From positions 34,086 to 98,085 of the forward strand of contig CAWJER010000005.1 in assembly GCA_963841925.1 (NCBI GenBank): DNA of 64,000 bases, read 5' to 3'. Every line of letters starts with the position of its first letter. Position 1 is the stretch's first letter. Made by a program: the position numbers and the translations under genes. This document shows positions 60,541 to 64,000 of this stretch, in pieces. The notes under the pieces are model-generated. The model saw only the letters and a program-made list of their open reading frames with translations. It made no database searches and was not told where the DNA came from. Origin of the DNA: an uncultured Acidimicrobiales bacterium (GTDB lineage Bacteria > Actinomycetota > Acidimicrobiia > Acidimicrobiales > RAAP-2).

Positions 60541-62011
60541 TTACCGGTGCTCGCCGCCGTCGGCCACGACCGGGAGCGTGAAGACGAACCGGGCGCCCCC
60601 GCCGGGAGCGTCCTCGGCCCAGATGTGCTCGCCGTGGGCCTCGACGAAGGTCTTGGCGATGGTGAGCCCCAGACCGGCCCGGCCACCGGTGTCGAAGCGC
60701 ACGAACCGGTCGAACACGGCGTCACGCTCTGCTTCGGGAACGCCCTTACCCTGGTCGGCGACGCTGACGGCCACCCGGCCATCGTGGCGGGCCCCTTCCA
60801 CCGTGATCACGCTCTGCGGCGGCGAGTGGCGGGTGGCATTGTCCAGCAGGTTAGCCAGTACCTGTCCGATCAGGAGGGGGTCGACGTCGACATCGGGCAG
60901 ATCGTCGGGGACGATCACGTCGACCCGGTGCTCGCCCAGGGCGGTGCGCAGCGCGGTGACCGTCTCGTCCAGGAGGTCGGCCACGGCGACCGGGACGGGA
61001 CGGACCTTCAGCTCGCCGGCGTCGATGCGGGTCATGTCGAGCAGGCTGGTGACCAGTCGCGGTGAGACGGTCGGTCTCCAGGTCGATGAGGTCGTAGAGC
61101 TCACGGGTGTCCGCATCCGACAACGGGGCCGGCGGGTCCAGCAGCATGGAGGAGGCCACCTTCATGGTGGCGAGCGGCGTACGCAGGTCGTGCGAGACCG
61201 CCCCCATGAGGGCGTGGCGCAGCCGGTCGACCTCCTCCAGCAGGTCCGAGCGCAGGGCCTGCTCCCTCAGCTGGGCCCGCTCCAGAGCCAGGGCGGCATG
61301 GTTGGCGAACGTACCGAGCAGGGCCCGGTCGGCCTCGGAGCGTGGTAGCCCGCGCAGCGCCAGGATTCCGACCGGGCGCCCGGCGGCCGTCAGAGCCACG
61401 GTACGCATCCCGCCGGGGGAGTTGCCGACGGTGCCCAGGCTGACCGGGAGCCCCGACTGCGGGTCCAGCAGGCGCAGCTCGTCCCGGGACAGCGCCTCGC
61501 CGGCGGAGGCGGCGATCCTCAGCCGGTCCCCCTCGGGGACGAGGAGCGTCACCCCCGGAACCTCGAAGACACTGGCCACGATCCGGACGATGGTCTTGAG
61601 CAGGTCCTCGACCGAGCGGTCCTCGACCAGCAGCTCGGACAGCTCGAACAGCCGGCGGGCGTCGACGGCCCGCCGGGCGGACTCGGCGCGCGCCGACTGG
61701 AGGTCGGCCACCACCCGGGCCACCAGCAGCATCACCACGACGTAGACGATCAGTGTCTCCCAGTTCCGGGGACTGGCCACGCTGAGCCGGTAGTAGGGGG
61801 GGAGGAACAGGAAGTCGTAGACGAGGAACCCGGCGGCCACGCTCACCACTCCGGCGGCGAACCCCCCGACGATGACCCCGGCCACGACGGGGAGGACGAG
61901 CGTCGTGGCGGCGGCGGCCACGCTCAGGTGGGAGCGGAACGGCACCATGGCGGCGCCCAGGGCGACCGCCAGGACGATGCCCGTGACCGATCCGACCAGA
62001 CTCCTGCGCAC
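60541..62011 (-). pseudogene. kdpD: KdpD-type sensor histidine kinase lacking the N-terminal KdpD/Usp module, one frameshift
   Basis: DUF4118-like TM bundle, GAF-like region and HisKA (MGAVSHDLRTPLA) in ORF 60851..62011. This ORF runs to ...DLETDRLT near 61059. RLVTSLLDMTRIDAG... and the HATPase (NLLDNATRHSP, DQGKGVP, GLGLTIAK) are in ORF 60541..61116. Confidence 0.75.
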
Positions 62012-62060
62012 TACGTGATTGTCCCACCGAAACGGCCGGGTGGCGCCGGTGGACGAGTCC

Positions 62061-62100
62061 GTTCACAACTTATTGATCCGTAGCGGCCGATGTTCACAAC
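62061..62100. promoter_or_regulatory. Two exact 9-bp direct repeats (GTTCACAAC) in the kdpD / kdpF divergent control region
   Basis: GTTCACAAC occurs at 62061-62069 and 62092-62100 (31-bp period). The second copy abuts a TTGACG -35-like hexamer. These are candidate KdpE boxes. OmpR-type regulators bind direct repeats, although the spacing here is unusual. Confidence 0.25.
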
Positions 62101-62131
62101 CTGTTGACGCCGGCTGCCGGATACTCGATCC

Positions 62132-62215
62132 ATGGCAGATTTCATCGTAGTTCTCGGAATCCTCGGATTCGCCGCAGCGATGCTCGGCCTGATCTGGGCC
62201 CTGGACCGGGTATGA
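62132..62215 (+). CDS. Candidate 27-aa hydrophobic micro-protein, translationally coupled to kdpF
   Basis: ATG 62132. MADFIVVLGILGFAAAMLGLIWALDRV forms one TM helix. Its TGA overlaps the kdpF ATG (ATGA). It is too short for the ORF track. Confidence 0.35.
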   Translation: MADFIVVLGILGFAAAMLGLIWALDRV

Positions 62216-62301
62216 CACTCACCCAGGGGATCCTCCTCGGCGTCGCCGTCCTGATGTTCATCTATCTGGGCGTAGCCATGTTCAAGCCCGAGAAGTTCTG
62301 A
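62212..62301 (+). CDS. kdpF: Potassium-transporting ATPase subunit F
   Basis: 29 aa: MTLTQGILLGVAVLMFIYLGVAMFKPEKF, with the typical KdpF ending (F-x-PEKF). It lies immediately upstream of kdpA. Confidence 0.75.
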   Translation: MTLTQGILLGVAVLMFIYLGVAMFKPEKF

Positions 62302-62302
62302 C

Positions 62303-63991
62303 ATGGGTCTGACAATCACCATCGTCACCCTCGTCATCGCTCTGGGTCTGACTTGGCGCTACCTGGGGTCGTACATGGCCGCTGTCTTCGACGGACGTGT
62401 GCACTTCCTCGGATGGGCCGAGCGCCCGGTCTACCGGGCCCTCGGGACCAACCCCGAGCAGGAGCAGAACTGGAAGCGTTACGCCACCTCCATGGTGATC
62501 TTCTCGACCGTGGCCATGGGCGTGACCTACCTGCTCCTCCGCATCCAGGGGTCGCTGCCGTTGAATCCGCAACACCTGGGCCACGTGGGGCAGGCGCTCA
62601 GTTTCAACACCGCAGCATCGTTTATGACCAACACCAACTGGCAGAACTACGGCGGCGAGTCGACCATGTCGTACTTCTCGCAGATCGGCGCCCTCACCCT
62701 CGAGCAGTTCCTCAGCCCCGTGATCGGCATCGCCGTGGCCATCGCCATGGTTCGTGGATTCTCCCGACGCAATTCCCCGACGATCGGCAATTTCTGGGTC
62801 GACATGACCAGGGGGCTCCTCTACATCGTGTTCCCGATCGCCTTCGTGGCCGGGTTGATCTTCGTGGGCGAAGGTGCGGTGCAGACGCTGGCCGGCACCA
62901 TCTCCATCCACGACGCCATCAACGGGGTGTCCCAGACCATCGCCCGAGGCCCGATCGGGTTCATGGAGGCGATCAAGCAGCTCGGGAACAACGGAGGTGG
63001 ATTCTTGAACGCCAACTCGGCGACCCCCTTCGAGAATCCCACCGGACTGACCAATTGGCTGTCGATCTACCTGCTGCTGGCCATTCCATTCTCCTTGACC
63101 TACACCTTCGGCAAGATGGTGGGCAGCATCCGACATGGTGCCGCCCTGCTGGGCGCCATGGTCATCATCTTCGCCGTGTGGGTGGGCTACACCAGCTACG
63201 CCGAGCACCAGCCGAACCCGGCCGTCGCCGCAGCTGGCGTGCACTCGACCGTCGGGAACACCGAGGGCAAGGAGGTCCGCTTCGGCGATACCTCCACGGC
63301 GCTGTTCGGTGTGGCCTCGACCAACACGTCGACCGGCTCGGCCGATGCCTCCTATGACTCGTTCACGCCGATCGGCGGGCTGGGCCTGATGAGCGGCATG
63401 ATGCTCGGGGAGGTGACACCCGGTGGCGCGGGAAGCGGCCTCTACACCATCCTCATCTACGCCATCATCGCCGTGTTCATCGGCGGGCTCATGATCGGGC
63501 GAACGCCGGAGTACCTCGGGAAGAAGATTCAGGCCCGGGAGGTGAAACTTGCTGGCCTAGGCGCACTGGTCATGCCGATCATCGTGCTGGTCTTCACCGC
63601 CATCGCCGTGTCCATCCACGCCGGACGGGCGGGCCCTCTCAACGCCGGACCTCACGGGTTCTCCGAAATCCTCTACGCCCTCACCTCGCAGGGGAACAAC
63701 AACGGGTCGGCCTTCGGAGGACTCACCGGCAACACCGGGTTCTACAACATCATCGGCGGCATCGACATGCTCCTCGGCCGGGTCGGGATCATGATCCCGG
63801 CTCTGGCACTCGCGGGAACGCTCGCTGCCAAGAACGTGGTGCCCGAGTCGCTCGGGACCTTCCGCACAGACAACGGCATGTTCGTCGGACTCACCATCGG
63901 CGTCATCGTGATCATCGGTGGCCTGACCTTCTTCCCCGCCCTCGCGCTCGGCCCGATCGTCGAGCAGCTCAGCCACGGAAAGTTCTTCTGA
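62303..63991 (+). CDS. kdpA: Potassium-transporting ATPase subunit A
   Basis: 562 aa, polytopic. TNTNWQNYGGE, NNGGGF, GNNGSAF selectivity-filter-like motifs. Confidence 0.9.
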   Translation: MGLTITIVTLVIALGLTWRYLGSYMAAVFDGRVHFLGWAERPVYRALGTNPEQEQNWKRYATSMVIFSTVAMGVTYLLLRIQGSLPLNPQHLGHVGQALSFNTAASFMTNTNWQNYGGESTMSYFSQIGALTLEQFLSPVIGIAVAIAMVRGFSRRNSPTIGNFWVDMTRGLLYIVFPIAFVAGLIFVGEGAVQTLAGTISIHDAINGVSQTIARGPIGFMEAIKQLGNNGGGFLNANSATPFENPTGLTNWLSIYLLLAIPFSLTYTFGKMVGSIRHGAALLGAMVIIFAVWVGYTSYAEHQPNPAVAAAGVHSTVGNTEGKEVRFGDTSTALFGVASTNTSTGSADASYDSFTPIGGLGLMSGMMLGEVTPGGAGSGLYTILIYAIIAVFIGGLMIGRTPEYLGKKIQAREVKLAGLGALVMPIIVLVFTAIAVSIHAGRAGPLNAGPHGFSEILYALTSQGNNNGSAFGGLTGNTGFYNIIGGIDMLLGRVGIMIPALALAGTLAAKNVVPESLGTFRTDNGMFVGLTIGVIVIIGGLTFFPALALGPIVEQLSHGKFF

Positions 63992-64000
63992 TGACGATGA

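Noticed and set aside
384-62011. Programmed ribosomal frameshifting or transcriptional slippage as the cause of the interrupted genes.
   Set aside because: The 19 sites share no common slippery heptamer or downstream structure. Both +1 and -1 events occur. Multiple hits fall in single genes, and none of the affected families is known to use recoding. I cannot fully exclude it without reads.
63991-64000. The start of kdpB (an ATG overlapping the kdpA stop).
   Set aside because: It is expected from the canonical kdpFABC order, but only 10 nt lie inside the window. That is not enough sequence to support a feature call.

Overview
This is a very GC-rich segment (about 70% by eye, not computed) that looks like an actinobacterial chromosome; the taxon call rests only on gene order and protein motifs. 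The backbone is made of housekeeping blocks in an order known from Mycobacterium and other Actinomycetota:
- topA-tmk-holB-tRNA-Thr
- sigH-rshA
- DUF2342 protease-tilS-hpt-folE-folP-(DSP-like)-folB-folK-DUF2520-panC-nadB-nadC-coaX
- clpC1
- radA-disA-carD-ispD-ispF-rlmB
- egtB-egtD
- kdpE/kdpD, divergent from kdpF-kdpA-(kdpB)

Accessory content sits between these blocks:
- a lipoprotein solute-binding protein and a Wzy_C-type membrane protein
- an approx. 11.1-kb gene for an approx. 3,700-aa repeat surface protein
- two more secreted proteins
- a TauD/cysteine-dioxygenase/rhodanese/PIG-L operon
- a sulfatase
- a TetR-SRPBCC / DinB unit
- one IS630-family element with a TA target duplication

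Main observations:
1. An unnamed 42-aa repeat, always in exactly six copies, forms the extreme C-terminus of three otherwise different secreted proteins. This is my best candidate for something undescribed.
2. At least 19 single-nucleotide frameshifts interrupt 11 genes, including essential ones (tmk, coaX, ispD, ispF). They cluster at 35.0-38.0 kb and 53.9-54.6 kb, which points to assembly error more than biology.
3. A dual-specificity-phosphatase-like gene whose catalytic Cys is replaced by Gln is translationally coupled inside the folate operon.

No rRNA genes, CRISPR arrays or recognisable defence systems were seen. Many long ORFs in the supplied track are antisense or off-frame GC artefacts.
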